60,437 nt of DNA from a virus (IMGVR_UViG_3300036831_000053:1-60437); one strand, 5' to 3'. Positions 29,686-39,480 are shown, numbered from the stretch's first letter. Notes: a model not told the origin generated them from the sequence alone. A program made the numbers and translations.

Positions 29686-30251
29686 CCCACGTGCACCTGA
29701 TCGTCGGCGAGCCGGGCGTGGGCAAGTCCTGGCTGATGGACCGTCTCACGGAGGGGTATCACCGCATTCAGGTCGACGGGACACCGAGACGAGAGTGGGT
29801 CTCGCGCGTGCCCGAGATGAAGGATGCGCAGATGGCCGATATCGCGGCCGTGGAGCTGGGCGCCCGCGCCGGCAAGCACCCCGAGGGTTACCCGGGCACC
29901 GACGCGATGAGCATGACCGCGATTGTCGATGTCGAGCGCTGGCTGACCCACATCACCATGTCGAAGCCAGTAGTCGCCGAAGGTGCGCGGCTCGGTGTCC
30001 GCCGGTTCGCCGACGTGTGTGCGACCGCAGGTCACCACCTGCACGTCTATCACCTCGTGGATCCGGATCGCGCCGCAGCTCAGCGGCTTGCGCGCGGCTC
30101 GAACCAGAAGGACAGTTGGATCAAGGGAGCCCGAACCAGGGCTGAACGGTTCGCGATGTACGTGCAGGAGCAGCGCCTGGGCGAAGTGCAGCACCTGACC
30201 TGTCCGCCGGAGCAGGTGCTGGCCGTACTTCGTCGCGAGACGGGGCTGTGA
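29682..30251 (+). CDS. P-loop nucleotide kinase (5-hmU DNA kinase-like family)
   Basis: GEPGVGKS, GTDAMSM, EGARL and RGSNQ..SWIKG..TR motifs. Confidence 0.72.
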   Translation: MTHVHLIVGEPGVGKSWLMDRLTEGYHRIQVDGTPRREWVSRVPEMKDAQMADIAAVELGARAGKHPEGYPGTDAMSMTAIVDVERWLTHITMSKPVVAEGARLGVRRFADVCATAGHHLHVYHLVDPDRAAAQRLARGSNQKDSWIKGARTRAERFAMYVQEQRLGEVQHLTCPPEQVLAVLRRETGL

Positions 30252-30287
30252 CTTCTCGCCCTGTCGCGAGAACGTGGAGGTGACGCA

Positions 30288-30779
30288 ATGCCCCCCCGTC
30301 CGAACAAGCTGGCGCACAAGGAAGCGGTCAAGGAGCCGGCCACCGTCACGGCCCTGCGGGTCATCAACGGTGCCCGGGTGGTCGAGCTGGTGGCGTCGGG
30401 CCTGACGATCGACGCGGCGGCCAAGCTGCTGAAGATCAACCGGAATCAGGCCAGCAAGCTCCTGCACGACACGCTGGCCGACACGCTGGCCGAGCGGCAG
30501 GCCGACCGCGAGGCGGTCCTGGCTCAGCAGCTGGAGGGCTACCGCCTGCTGAAGCGGGCCTGGATGCCGGTCGCCCTCAACCCGGCGCACGAGAAGGCGT
30601 ACCAGGGCGCCCGGATCATCCTGGACGCGATGGACAAGGAGAATCTGCTGCTTGGCCTCAACGCGGCTATGAAGATCGAGATCTCGAACAAGAGGGTCGC
30701 CGAGACCGTGGCCGATGTGGTCGAACTCCTGGAAGACACCAGCGCCGACATGCCGATGATTCTTGAGGCCGAGCAGTGA
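30288..30779 (+). CDS. Terminase small subunit (HTH)
   Basis: Coupled to terL; HTH region and MDK...LLGLNA motif. Confidence 0.7.
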   Translation: MPPRPNKLAHKEAVKEPATVTALRVINGARVVELVASGLTIDAAAKLLKINRNQASKLLHDTLADTLAERQADREAVLAQQLEGYRLLKRAWMPVALNPAHEKAYQGARIILDAMDKENLLLGLNAAMKIEISNKRVAETVADVVELLEDTSADMPMILEAEQ

Positions 30780-32590
30780 CCTACGCCCGCGCCGAGGTGA
30801 GCCTGGAGGAGACGATCCGGCAGAAGCTGGATCAACTGAACCCTAACGAGCGACGCCTGGCCGAGATACGGCTGGAGCGCATCGTGAAGCGGCGCCGGGC
30901 CGTGCGCGAGTTCCGCAGCCCCGGCCACGTGGCCAAATATACGAACCCCGACGTGGTCCAGACCGAGATGATGGTGGCCCTGGACAAGGCCGTCATCCAG
31001 GCCGAGACCGGCATGCAGCGCCGCTGGGTGATCTCGACCCCTCCGCAGGAGGGCAAGACCATGCGGCTCGGCACGGCCACGCCGCTGTGGCTGTTGATCC
31101 GCGACCCGTCCCGCCGCATCGTCGTCGCCTCCTACGAGCAGGGCCTGGCCGCGCGGTCCGCGCTGGCCGTCCGGCAGCTCATCGAGTCCTATGGCGGCGG
31201 CTACAAGGGTGACCGGGCCTCGGCCCGGCAGGAAGACCACTTCGGCCTACTGCTCGACCCCGACCGGGCCCAGCAGACCAACTGGCAACTGGCCGACGTG
31301 CCCGGCCGGATCAACGGCGGCATGACGGCCGTCGGTGTCGGCTCCTCGTTCACTGGCCGCTCGGCCGACATCTTGATCGTGGACGACGCGGTCAAGGACC
31401 CGAAGGCCGCAGACAGTGCCCTCCAGCGGCAGGTGCTGTGGAACTGGTGGCAGGCCGTGGCCACGACCAGGCTGGCCGGTAAGGCCATCGTCATCGTCAT
31501 TGGGACCCGCTGGCACGAGGACGACCTGCTGGGCCGGATCATCCGCGAGGACGAGAAGGAACCGACGCCGGAGTGGTCCCGGCTCAACATTCCCGCCCAG
31601 GCCGGCGCCGACGATCCGCTGGGCCGCAAGCCCGGCGAGTACCTGCGCAGCGCCCGCGAGGGCCGCGAATGGGTCAAGATTCGCCGCCGCGTCGGTGAGC
31701 GCTGGTGGGCCGCGATGTACCAGGGCAACCCGCACCCGATCTCCGGTGGCGTGTTCAAGCAGGAGTGGTTTGACCGCAACCGCGTCAAGGAGGCGCCAGA
31801 GCTGGCCCGGGTCAGCGTGTTCGTCGACCCGGCCGACAACGAGGGCGGTGGCGACGAGGCGGGCATCGTGGTCGCCGGCAAGGGCTACGACGAGGACCAC
31901 TACATCCTGGCCGACCGGTCCGGCGCCATGACGGCCGGCCGCTGGCTGCGGGTCGCCTTCCTGGCCGCCCTGGAGTTCAACGCCACGGAGATCGCCTACG
32001 AGCAGTCCCTGTCGGGCCTCAAGCGCACGGCGCGGCAGACCTGGAAGGACATGGTCCGAGAGTTCCGGGTGCTGAACAAGCTCTACAAGCCGCTGCCGAA
32101 CACGCCTCGGCCCAAGCTGCCGCCGGTCGACCTGCTGACCAAGGCGGTCACCCTGCTCGTGCGCGACGACGCGACCGCAACGGACCGGGTGAACCAGGAG
32201 CACAACCTGATCGAGATGTGGCCGTTCGTGCCGGCCGCGCTGGAGCTGCCCGCCATCGGCCTGCCCATCCGGGCGTTCCCGGCCAGGGGTTCGAAGACCT
32301 TCCGGGCCCGGATGATCGCGCCGACGTTCGAGGGCGATCACGTCAAGCTCCTCGGTCACTTCCCCGAGGCCGAACACCAGATGATCACCTGGCAGGAGTC
32401 GCAGAAGTCGCCCGACCGGATGGACGTGTTCGTGCACGCGATCACCGAGCACAGCAAGATCGGCGGCCCGGTCGACATGCGGGCCGCGAAGGGCGGGACG
32501 ACGATGCGCGCGGCCGGCAGCGCCGCACCGAAGGAGTACCGAGGCGACAGCATGCGCGACGTGGTGCGCAGGATGCGGACAGGGCGGTGA
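30776..32590 (+). CDS. terL: Terminase large subunit
   Basis: PPQEGKT, ILIVDD.VKD, GTRWHEDDL.G, YQG.P, VDPA and SPDRMD motifs. Confidence 0.95.
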   Translation: MTYARAEVSLEETIRQKLDQLNPNERRLAEIRLERIVKRRRAVREFRSPGHVAKYTNPDVVQTEMMVALDKAVIQAETGMQRRWVISTPPQEGKTMRLGTATPLWLLIRDPSRRIVVASYEQGLAARSALAVRQLIESYGGGYKGDRASARQEDHFGLLLDPDRAQQTNWQLADVPGRINGGMTAVGVGSSFTGRSADILIVDDAVKDPKAADSALQRQVLWNWWQAVATTRLAGKAIVIVIGTRWHEDDLLGRIIREDEKEPTPEWSRLNIPAQAGADDPLGRKPGEYLRSAREGREWVKIRRRVGERWWAAMYQGNPHPISGGVFKQEWFDRNRVKEAPELARVSVFVDPADNEGGGDEAGIVVAGKGYDEDHYILADRSGAMTAGRWLRVAFLAALEFNATEIAYEQSLSGLKRTARQTWKDMVREFRVLNKLYKPLPNTPRPKLPPVDLLTKAVTLLVRDDATATDRVNQEHNLIEMWPFVPAALELPAIGLPIRAFPARGSKTFRARMIAPTFEGDHVKLLGHFPEAEHQMITWQESQKSPDRMDVFVHAITEHSKIGGPVDMRAAKGGTTMRAAGSAAPKEYRGDSMRDVVRRMRTGR

Positions 32591-32592
32591 CC

Positions 32593-33060
32593 ATGGAAAT
32601 CAGACCGCAGTCAGAGACCTATCACCCCGAGAATCGGCGGAGCCAGATCCGATCGATCCAGCTCAACGTCGAGATCATGGACCAGGGCCTGCGGGTCAGT
32701 CTGCCGGTGGCCCAGGGCTGGGCCGCGTTCGCCTCGTCGCCACACTCCCTCGTGGCCGCCGTCAAGGCCGCCTTCACCGAGGCCGAGATTGCCGCGTACG
32801 CCCAGTGGCGGAACGGGACCTACGACCTGGCTGACACGGTGAGTCGGGACGACCCCGACCCGATCGTGGCCGCGCCACCGAATGAGATCAGCCGGCACCG
32901 ACCGAAGACGAGACGCGATCAGTACAACCCGGCCGACTGGAAGGTGGACGGCATGGGCCGGTACGTGAGTCCGACGGGCCGCAGCTACGCGCCGGACAGC
33001 TACATGGCGAGCCGGATTCGGGCGATGTGGGTGAAGCATGGGATCAACGGCGCCGCGTAA
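32593..33060 (+). CDS. Hypothetical protein
   Basis: ORF directly after terL. Confidence 0.55.
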   Translation: MEIRPQSETYHPENRRSQIRSIQLNVEIMDQGLRVSLPVAQGWAAFASSPHSLVAAVKAAFTEAEIAAYAQWRNGTYDLADTVSRDDPDPIVAAPPNEISRHRPKTRRDQYNPADWKVDGMGRYVSPTGRSYAPDSYMASRIRAMWVKHGINGAA

Positions 33061-33063
33061 CGG

Positions 33064-33093
33064 TTGTGCCCCGTTGAGCGTGCGGGGTACATT
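33064..33093 (+). promoter_or_regulatory. Palindromic promoter copy 3
   Basis: TTGTGCCCCG-N9-CGGGGTACATT; leaderless ATG at 33100. Confidence 0.82.
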
Positions 33094-33099
33094 GGGTCC

Positions 33100-34426
33100 A
33101 TGACCGATGACGACCGACCGAAGTCAATCCTCGAACTGCCACCGGAGTTCGCGCGCGAGGTGGTCCTGGATGTCGCCCTGCTCCCCGACGCGCTGCTGAA
33201 CCACCTGTTGGTGACCATCGACCAGGTCATCACCGTCCTGCATGCTACCTACCCCGACCAGCTGGCTGTCGAGCACGAGGACGAGCACCTGATCGTCTAC
33301 CGCACCAAGGACACCGGCGAGCAGATGCGCATCCTGGAGTCCCTCCAGAACCAGTACGACCGTAACGGTGAGTCCCATGGCGACCTGTGACGTGTGCGGC
33401 GAGCGCGAGGCCGCCGGGGTCGGTGCGATGCCCGGTGTGCCGATCAGCTTCGCCTACTGCAAGGACTGCCTGCGAGCCAACGCCCACCCGTACGTGATCG
33501 TCGTGGCCAATACCGCAATGCTCGGCGGCATGGCCGAGGCCGCGCCGTGGTGGCAGCAGCTCGTGGACGACACCCTGACTCACCTCCACAAGTCGCGTGA
33601 GCGGTTCGACGGCGACGTGTCGGCCGAGATCGCGATCATGGCCGAGGAGGAGCACCGGGCGAACGCCGAGTTCGCGGCGACCGATGAAGGGCAGCCGTGC
33701 GTGCCGGGTTGCGTCGGACTGCATGAGCACCCGGAACGGGGTGAGTTGTGATGGGTGACAGCGGCAGCACCAGCAAGGCGTACATCGACCGCCTGCGCGT
33801 TGAGAGCGTCAACGCGCTCCTGGAGACCGTGGCCGCACTGGCCGACCGGGTGTCCGTTGCCTCGAACCTCGACGATGTGGATCACGTCTACGTTATCGAG
33901 GACGTGCTGTGGCACCTGGACGTGATCGCTGGACGCATCCCGCCGCGAGGACAGAAGGTGGACTTCCCATGATCCTTTCGTGCATTGCCTTGGGCGCAGC
34001 TCTCGCCTCTCTCGTCCTGGCCATCGTGGCTTACCGGGGGACGAAGTGAGCTACTTCGACGACAACGAGGACTACCTGACGGGTCTGCCTCGGCCGATCC
34101 GGTCGGAATACGTGCAGCAGCCGGCACCGCGCGCCGAGGGCGACGAGTGCAAGCACGAGCTGCCGCGCAGCATGTGCGCCTGGTGCAACGGCAGGCCGGT
34201 GGACCGCGAGGTGGAGCAGCTGCTGGGTGGTACCGATCGACCGGGGTCCGACAAGGACCAGGCCGACCTGGAGACCAGGGTGGCGATGTATCAGGGGACC
34301 TGCAACCGGTGCCATGAGCCGTTCGAGGTGGGTGCCACCATTGGCTGGTCCCGTTCGCTCCGGATCACGGTAGGTCCATGCTGCTGGTCCCCGACCGAGA
34401 GCAACGCGGGTGGGTGGTCCTCGTGA
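33100..34426 (+). CDS. Four small hypothetical proteins (33100-33390, 33377-33751, 33748-33972, 34046-34426)
   Basis: Mostly coupled ORFs; two have Cys/Zn-finger motifs. Confidence 0.55.
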
Positions 34427-35085
34427 TGGCCCGGGGCCACTCGCTGCACGGCGCGATCGTCGGCCTGGCACTCGCGCCGTTGGCGTGGCACCTCGACCCC
34501 GGCATGGGTCCGGTACTGGGGTCCGCCGCCTGGACCATCGGTACCACGATCGGTTCACTGGTGCCGGACCTCGACCACCCGAAGTCCAGGCTGACTCACG
34601 CGCTGGGACCGGTCACCTGGCTGATCAACAAGGTCCTGGTCCGGCTGTCGAAGTCGGTCTATTACCTCACCAGGAGCAACCAGGACTACCCGGACACCAA
34701 CGGGCACCGGTGCTTGACCCATACCCCCGTGTTTGCCGCTGTGCTGGCTGCTGCCGTGAGCTGGGGGCTGGCGGCTACCGACGCGCGACCGGCCGCTGTT
34801 CTCGTGGGAGCGGCCCTGGGGACCGGGTGTCTGGCCCATCTGTTCGGCGACTCCCTCACCAACTCCGGCGTGCCCTGGCTGTGGCCACTCAAGAACCGCA
34901 GCACCGGCCGCCGCTGGCAGCACTACGGGATCCCGAAGGTGATGCGGTTCGAGACCGGCGGCGGGACGAGCCATGGCAAGGCGCTCACCTGGAAGGCGCA
35001 CGGCGAGCACATCGTCACCGCCGCATCCATGGGTCTCGTGGTCGCGGTGCCGGCGTTCTACCTGGTCGCAGGGTGGGGGATATGA
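34426..35085 (+). CDS. Membrane-bound metal-dependent hydrolase (YdjM/DUF457-like)
   Basis: GSLVPDLDHPKS, HR.LTH and HLFGD.LT.SGVP.LWP motifs; several TM segments. Confidence 0.85.
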   Translation: MARGHSLHGAIVGLALAPLAWHLDPGMGPVLGSAAWTIGTTIGSLVPDLDHPKSRLTHALGPVTWLINKVLVRLSKSVYYLTRSNQDYPDTNGHRCLTHTPVFAAVLAAAVSWGLAATDARPAAVLVGAALGTGCLAHLFGDSLTNSGVPWLWPLKNRSTGRRWQHYGIPKVMRFETGGGTSHGKALTWKAHGEHIVTAASMGLVVAVPAFYLVAGWGI

Positions 35086-35704
35086 GCCCGGCCTGGGTGC
35101 TGGTCATGCCGATCGCCGGTCTGGTCATCACCGTGCTGGTCGTGCTGTTCACGGTGTCCAACCTGATCCGGGATGGCATCCGGCGGCGGGTCGGGCCATG
35201 GCGTGGGACCTGGATCTTGAACAACACCCCAAGGTCGCAGCCGCACCACTGCCGTCTCCCGCGTGCCAGCTCTCGCAGGCGACGTGACCAGTGGCGATGC
35301 GAGACCTGCGACCGGGTCTACAGGCAGCACGCGGTGCATGGGGGGTTCGGAGATGTGTTCTGGATCTGGAAGGAGCGCGGATGAAGATCAGCGGAGAGAT
35401 GGCCACCTATGAGCTGCGCCTGGAGGACGTGGGCGTGGTGATGAACCGGTGGGATGAGGAGTTCCTGCCGGCCAAGGCCACGGCCTACTGGAGCAAGGAC
35501 GAATCGGGCACCTGGGTGATCGAGGTCGTGAACATCAGCGGCCCCGGCATCCTCAAGAAGACCGGCGAGCTGGGCACACGCACTCGGACCGAGTGGTACG
35601 ACGCCAAGACGGTGACGGAGCTGCCGGGGGGCCTGTGGGCGCAGATCCTGGCCAACAAGCCCCTCAACGGCGTGGTGGCAGCCGAGGTCGCCTTCGTCGA
35701 CTGA
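35082..35704 (+). CDS. Two hypothetical proteins (35082-35384 membrane/CxxC; 35381-35704)
   Basis: ATGA overlaps. Confidence 0.55.
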
Positions 35705-35711
35705 GACAGCC

Positions 35712-35752
35712 AGAGACCCCCCTGACTGATGTCGCTGGTCAGGGGGGTCTCT
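35712..35752. terminator. Hairpin between convergent operons
   Basis: AGAGACCCCCCTGAC-N11-GTCAGGGGGGTCTCT, 15-bp stem. Confidence 0.75.
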
Positions 35753-35934
35753 CTGTGTCCCGGTGGGCCAAACTGGAGCCGGTCCAAATCTACCGGACCG
35801 TAGGTCGATCTTACACCTTGTATCCGCAGGTCAGGCGCTATGTTGATGTTGAACGAAGATCGTTGATCTCAGGTCGCACGGACGCCTGCGCCCATTATGC
35901 GCGGTCGTCCGTGCGAGACATGCGACGCGACACG

Positions 35935-37842
35935 TCACGCGGACGCTTGCGCGCGCACGGGCTCGGGCCCGCGCATCCATGTGCCCGCGAGCGCGTGCGC
36001 TTCACCCGCGTCGCGGGCCTGCGCGAGGTGTCGGTAGACGGTGGCCCGGGCGACTCCGGCCCTGGTGGCGATGTCATCGGCCTTGCCGGGGCCTTGGTCG
36101 AGGACGGCGAGGATGTCAGCGTGGGTCTTGTCGGCACCTTCGGCGGGGATGTCGATGTCGTCGACCTCGGGCACTGCGGCGCCGGCCCCGGTGAGGGCCT
36201 TCCAGCCCTTGGGCTCCATGCGCCGTTCGAGCCGGGCCGCAGCGTCGATGTGGGCTTTCACGTCCCTCTGCCGCACGTAGAAGCCCTTGGCGATGTTGGC
36301 GGTCTTGTGCTCGCTGTCCTGGAGCAGGTACTGGCCGATCTTCAGGCCGTGGCTGTACCAGCCGTAGCGCTTCTGGTCGCCCCACAGCACCGAGGAGGCG
36401 TGCTGGTCGAGCATGAGGCTCACGATGGCCGTGAGCTGGGACTGGAGCTCCTTCGCCCCGGTGTCGGCCTTGCTGCCGTTCTGGCAGGCCAGGATGAGCT
36501 TGCCGCCGCACTTGCGGATCCTCTTGCCGATTCGGCCGATGAGGGCGAGCCACTTCGCGCCAGCTTTGCCCAGGTCATTGGCCTCGGCCACGAAGTCGGG
36601 GTACTCGTCGATGATCACCACGAGCCAGGGGGTGTCCACGGAGGGCTCGATCACGTCGGACTGCTCGCCCGGCCGCAGCGAGCTGTCCCGTAGGTCTTCC
36701 TCGCGGCTCTCGATCCAGGCCATGATCCGGGTCAGCATCACGCAGGTCGACTCGAAGTCAGTGGCCAGCGGCAGATCGAGCACCGGCTGCCACATGGCCA
36801 GGGTCGCGCCACCAGCCATGTCGGCGGCGATGATGTGGCAGTCCTGCATCGACGACAGCCAGATCATCAGGGTGCGCAGCCAGATCGACTTGCCGGAGCC
36901 GGACGCGCCGACCAGCAGGGTGTGTTGGAGGCGGTAGGGGTCGTCGTTGCCGTCGGCGTGCAGGCCCATCGGGAAGCGCGCATCGGTGCTGACCAGGGTG
37001 ATCGAGCCGGGCGTGGGCATCGGGTGCGGGATGTTGCCCTTCCACGGGTCGCGCGGCAGGAACCGGAACTGGACTTGGCGGGCGTTCTCCGCCACCGGCA
37101 GCAGGTAGACGCTGCTCAGGCGCATCCCGTAGAAGCTGGCGAGCTGGTCCATGGACTCCGGCCGGCCGGCCATCGCGGCCGTGGCACCCTCGCGGAGCCG
37201 GACGGTCAACAGGGACTGGCCCCGGTTGCCAGTGGCCCCGACAACTTTGGACCCGTGCAGCTCCCGGATCGGACCCCGGTCCTTGTTCGACAGGATCCGC
37301 CAGCGCCGCGCGTACCGGTCCGAACGGCCCGCGACCCGAATGCGACGGTGGTACCACCAGACGCCACCGAAGCCGACGGTACCGGCCAGCCACCAGTACT
37401 CCGTGATCGTCGAAGGACCGGCCCCGACACGCAGGGCCAGCCAGCCGCCGAGGGCCGCCGTGAAGGTACCGACGTAGATCCGCTCCGGTACCCGGTCCAG
37501 GACGCCCTTGCGGCCGGCATCCACCGAGTCCGGTACCACCCACATGATGGCCTTGGACCACGGTCCCGAGAGCCGAGGACCGAGTACCGCCAGCGTGGCA
37601 CCGCAGATGGGCAGTACCAGGGCCACCCACCAGGTCCAGCTGGCACCGAAGCGCCAGATCAGGGCCACGATCTCGGTACCGGTACCGAACCAGAGCGGCG
37701 TGAGGAACCGGCGCCAGCGCCACGACAGGTGGGCGATACCACGACCGATCGGCCGCAGGATCCACCGGAAGACCGCGTACATCACGATCCCGGTGACGAT
37801 GCCCTCGCCGAACAGCTTCTCCAGGGGGTGTTTGTCGCTCAT
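35935..37842 (-). CDS. TraB-like FtsK/SpoIIIE DNA translocase with N-terminal TM segments and C-terminal HTH
   Basis: Walker A GASGSGKS, Walker B VVIIDEYP, RK.G..LILA.Q; C-terminal DDIATRAGVARATVYRHL. Confidence 0.85.
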   Translation of the reverse strand: MSDKHPLEKLFGEGIVTGIVMYAVFRWILRPIGRGIAHLSWRWRRFLTPLWFGTGTEIVALIWRFGASWTWWVALVLPICGATLAVLGPRLSGPWSKAIMWVVPDSVDAGRKGVLDRVPERIYVGTFTAALGGWLALRVGAGPSTITEYWWLAGTVGFGGVWWYHRRIRVAGRSDRYARRWRILSNKDRGPIRELHGSKVVGATGNRGQSLLTVRLREGATAAMAGRPESMDQLASFYGMRLSSVYLLPVAENARQVQFRFLPRDPWKGNIPHPMPTPGSITLVSTDARFPMGLHADGNDDPYRLQHTLLVGASGSGKSIWLRTLMIWLSSMQDCHIIAADMAGGATLAMWQPVLDLPLATDFESTCVMLTRIMAWIESREEDLRDSSLRPGEQSDVIEPSVDTPWLVVIIDEYPDFVAEANDLGKAGAKWLALIGRIGKRIRKCGGKLILACQNGSKADTGAKELQSQLTAIVSLMLDQHASSVLWGDQKRYGWYSHGLKIGQYLLQDSEHKTANIAKGFYVRQRDVKAHIDAAARLERRMEPKGWKALTGAGAAVPEVDDIDIPAEGADKTHADILAVLDQGPGKADDIATRAGVARATVYRHLAQARDAGEAHALAGTWMRGPEPVRAQASA

Positions 37843-38798
37843 GCCGACTTCTCCTTGACGGCGCGGGCAATGTTGCCCGCTCGGTTGGTGCCGAGGCCGT
37901 ACGCGGTTGCGATGGCCCGGCGTGAGGTGAGTCCTTCGTCCATGGCGCGCTGGATCAGATCTTCGTCGGACAGGTGTGCGTGGCTGGCCCGCTCGACCGG
38001 TGCCGAGACCTCGGCTGCCTCGCGGCGTGCCGGCTGCACCTTGGCCGGGGCCGGGTCAACGGTGGCCGGGTCGAACTTGCCGGGCTGCTCGTCGGTGATC
38101 CTGGGCATGATCTGGGTGCGCTCGGCGTCGTTGTCGGGCACGTTCACCGGGAGCGGCTTGACCAGCTCGGGCGCGGTGCTAACGGGGGTGAGCGGGGGGG
38201 TGTGCATCTCGGGTACTTCCTCGCGGGTCGCGAAGATCTTCGGGTACTCGGCCCACGCCTGCTCGGCCTCGGCCGCCATGCGCAGAACCTGGCCGTCGAT
38301 CCACTCCTGAGTGGCTACTCGGTCGCGGTGGGCTGCCTGGTTAAGGTCGGGGTGCTGCTCCTGGTAGCCCGTGTAGATGGGGTCCGGCACCGTCGGGGGA
38401 AGGTCCGGTACCGGCTCGATGGCCTTGACACTGGTACCGGGCTGGCCGTGCTTGTGGAGGACTAGCAGCATCCAGGCCAGCATGGCCGGCGCGATACCAC
38501 CGAGCAGGGCCGCCAGTGCGGTACCGGCCACCAGGTAGTGGTCGGCCACGTTGCTGGCCAGGGAGAGGCCGATAGAGGTGAGAGCCAGCGCGCCGGCCGC
38601 CCGCTGTGCTGCGGTGCGACGCATCCAGATGTCGACGGCCAGGGCCGTGACGGCGTCCAGGCAGATCGGGAAGGCCCAGGCCCGCAGGCCGAACCCGGCC
38701 CGAACGGCCAAATCCTGGCTGGAGCTGAACGAGATCCAGGCAGTACCGGCCACGGTGAGCAGCGCGAGACCGCGCAGGCGGATGGTCTTCAGGTTCAC
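37839..38798 (-). CDS. DUF2637/Spd-like membrane protein with C-terminal HTH
   Basis: A.ISF....DLA..AGF...AWAFPI.LD and SLA.NV..H motifs; four TM segments; SRRAIATAYGLGTNRA. Confidence 0.78.
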   Translation of the reverse strand: MNLKTIRLRGLALLTVAGTAWISFSSSQDLAVRAGFGLRAWAFPICLDAVTALAVDIWMRRTAAQRAAGALALTSIGLSLASNVADHYLVAGTALAALLGGIAPAMLAWMLLVLHKHGQPGTSVKAIEPVPDLPPTVPDPIYTGYQEQHPDLNQAAHRDRVATQEWIDGQVLRMAAEAEQAWAEYPKIFATREEVPEMHTPPLTPVSTAPELVKPLPVNVPDNDAERTQIMPRITDEQPGKFDPATVDPAPAKVQPARREAAEVSAPVERASHAHLSDEDLIQRAMDEGLTSRRAIATAYGLGTNRAGNIARAVKEKSA

Positions 38799-38977
38799 TA
38801 GTCCTCCTCGGTGGGGCCGAACGCGGCGACCCGTTCGCGCTTGGTCAGGACGTGGTGGACCTGGCACCAGGCGATGAAGCCAAGGAACTCCAGGACCACG
38901 GCGAGGTACCAGCTCTCGGCGAGCGATACCGCGAAGGCGCCGACGAGTACCGCGCCGAGTACCAGGGTGGTCTTCAT
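38798..38977 (-). CDS. Small two-TM membrane protein, first gene of the transfer-like operon
   Basis: MKTTLVLGAVLVGAFAVSL...; stop overlaps next GTG. Confidence 0.6.
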   Translation of the reverse strand: MKTTLVLGAVLVGAFAVSLAESWYLAVVLEFLGFIAWCQVHHVLTKRERVAAFGPTEED

Positions 38978-39053
38978 GGGTACCATTGTCGCATGTGCCC
39001 CACGCATTTACGGGGTGCTACCTGCGGAAACAGGATTGACCCACGAAAAGGGG

Positions 39054-39082
39054 TTGTGCCCCGCAGTACCACGGGGTAGATT
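39054..39082 (+). promoter_or_regulatory. Palindromic promoter copy 4 (variant copy at 38993-39018 faces the transfer operon)
   Basis: TTGTGCCCCG-N8-CGGGGTAGATT. Confidence 0.75.
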
Positions 39083-39171
39083 TGCCCTCACAACAGCAGA
39101 GCGGGAACGCGGTCAGGGGGTGTCCCGACTGACCGGGTGACCGCTACAACCGAAGATCACAACCGAAAGCG

Positions 39172-39475
39172 AGATCCACCCGCGTTCCTGGAGCAGCGCG
39201 TGGCCGAGATCGAGGAGAAGGCGGGCGTCGCGGTGGTGCGGCCGAAGCAGACCATCGAGGTCCTGGCGAAGCAGTTCAACCTGACCGAGGCCGAATCCGA
39301 CGGCATCCTGGGCCACTTCATGGCGGGCGGCTCCCCGACCGCTGGCGGTGTGGCCAACGCGTTCACCTCGTTCAGCCAGACGGTACGTTCGGCCGAGCGC
39401 TCCGACGCCATCGAGCAGGTGGCCATCGAGGCGATGAACGTGGCCGCAGCTCAGGCCCGGCTCGCCAACCGCTGA
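39172..39475 (+). pseudogene. C-terminal remnant of a DUF932-like protein
   Basis: FLEQRVAEIEEKAG..IEVLAK...GILGHF..GG..TAGGV.NA.TSF.Q resembles that family's C-terminus; no good start or RBS. Confidence 0.55.
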
Positions 39476-39480
39476 TCCAC

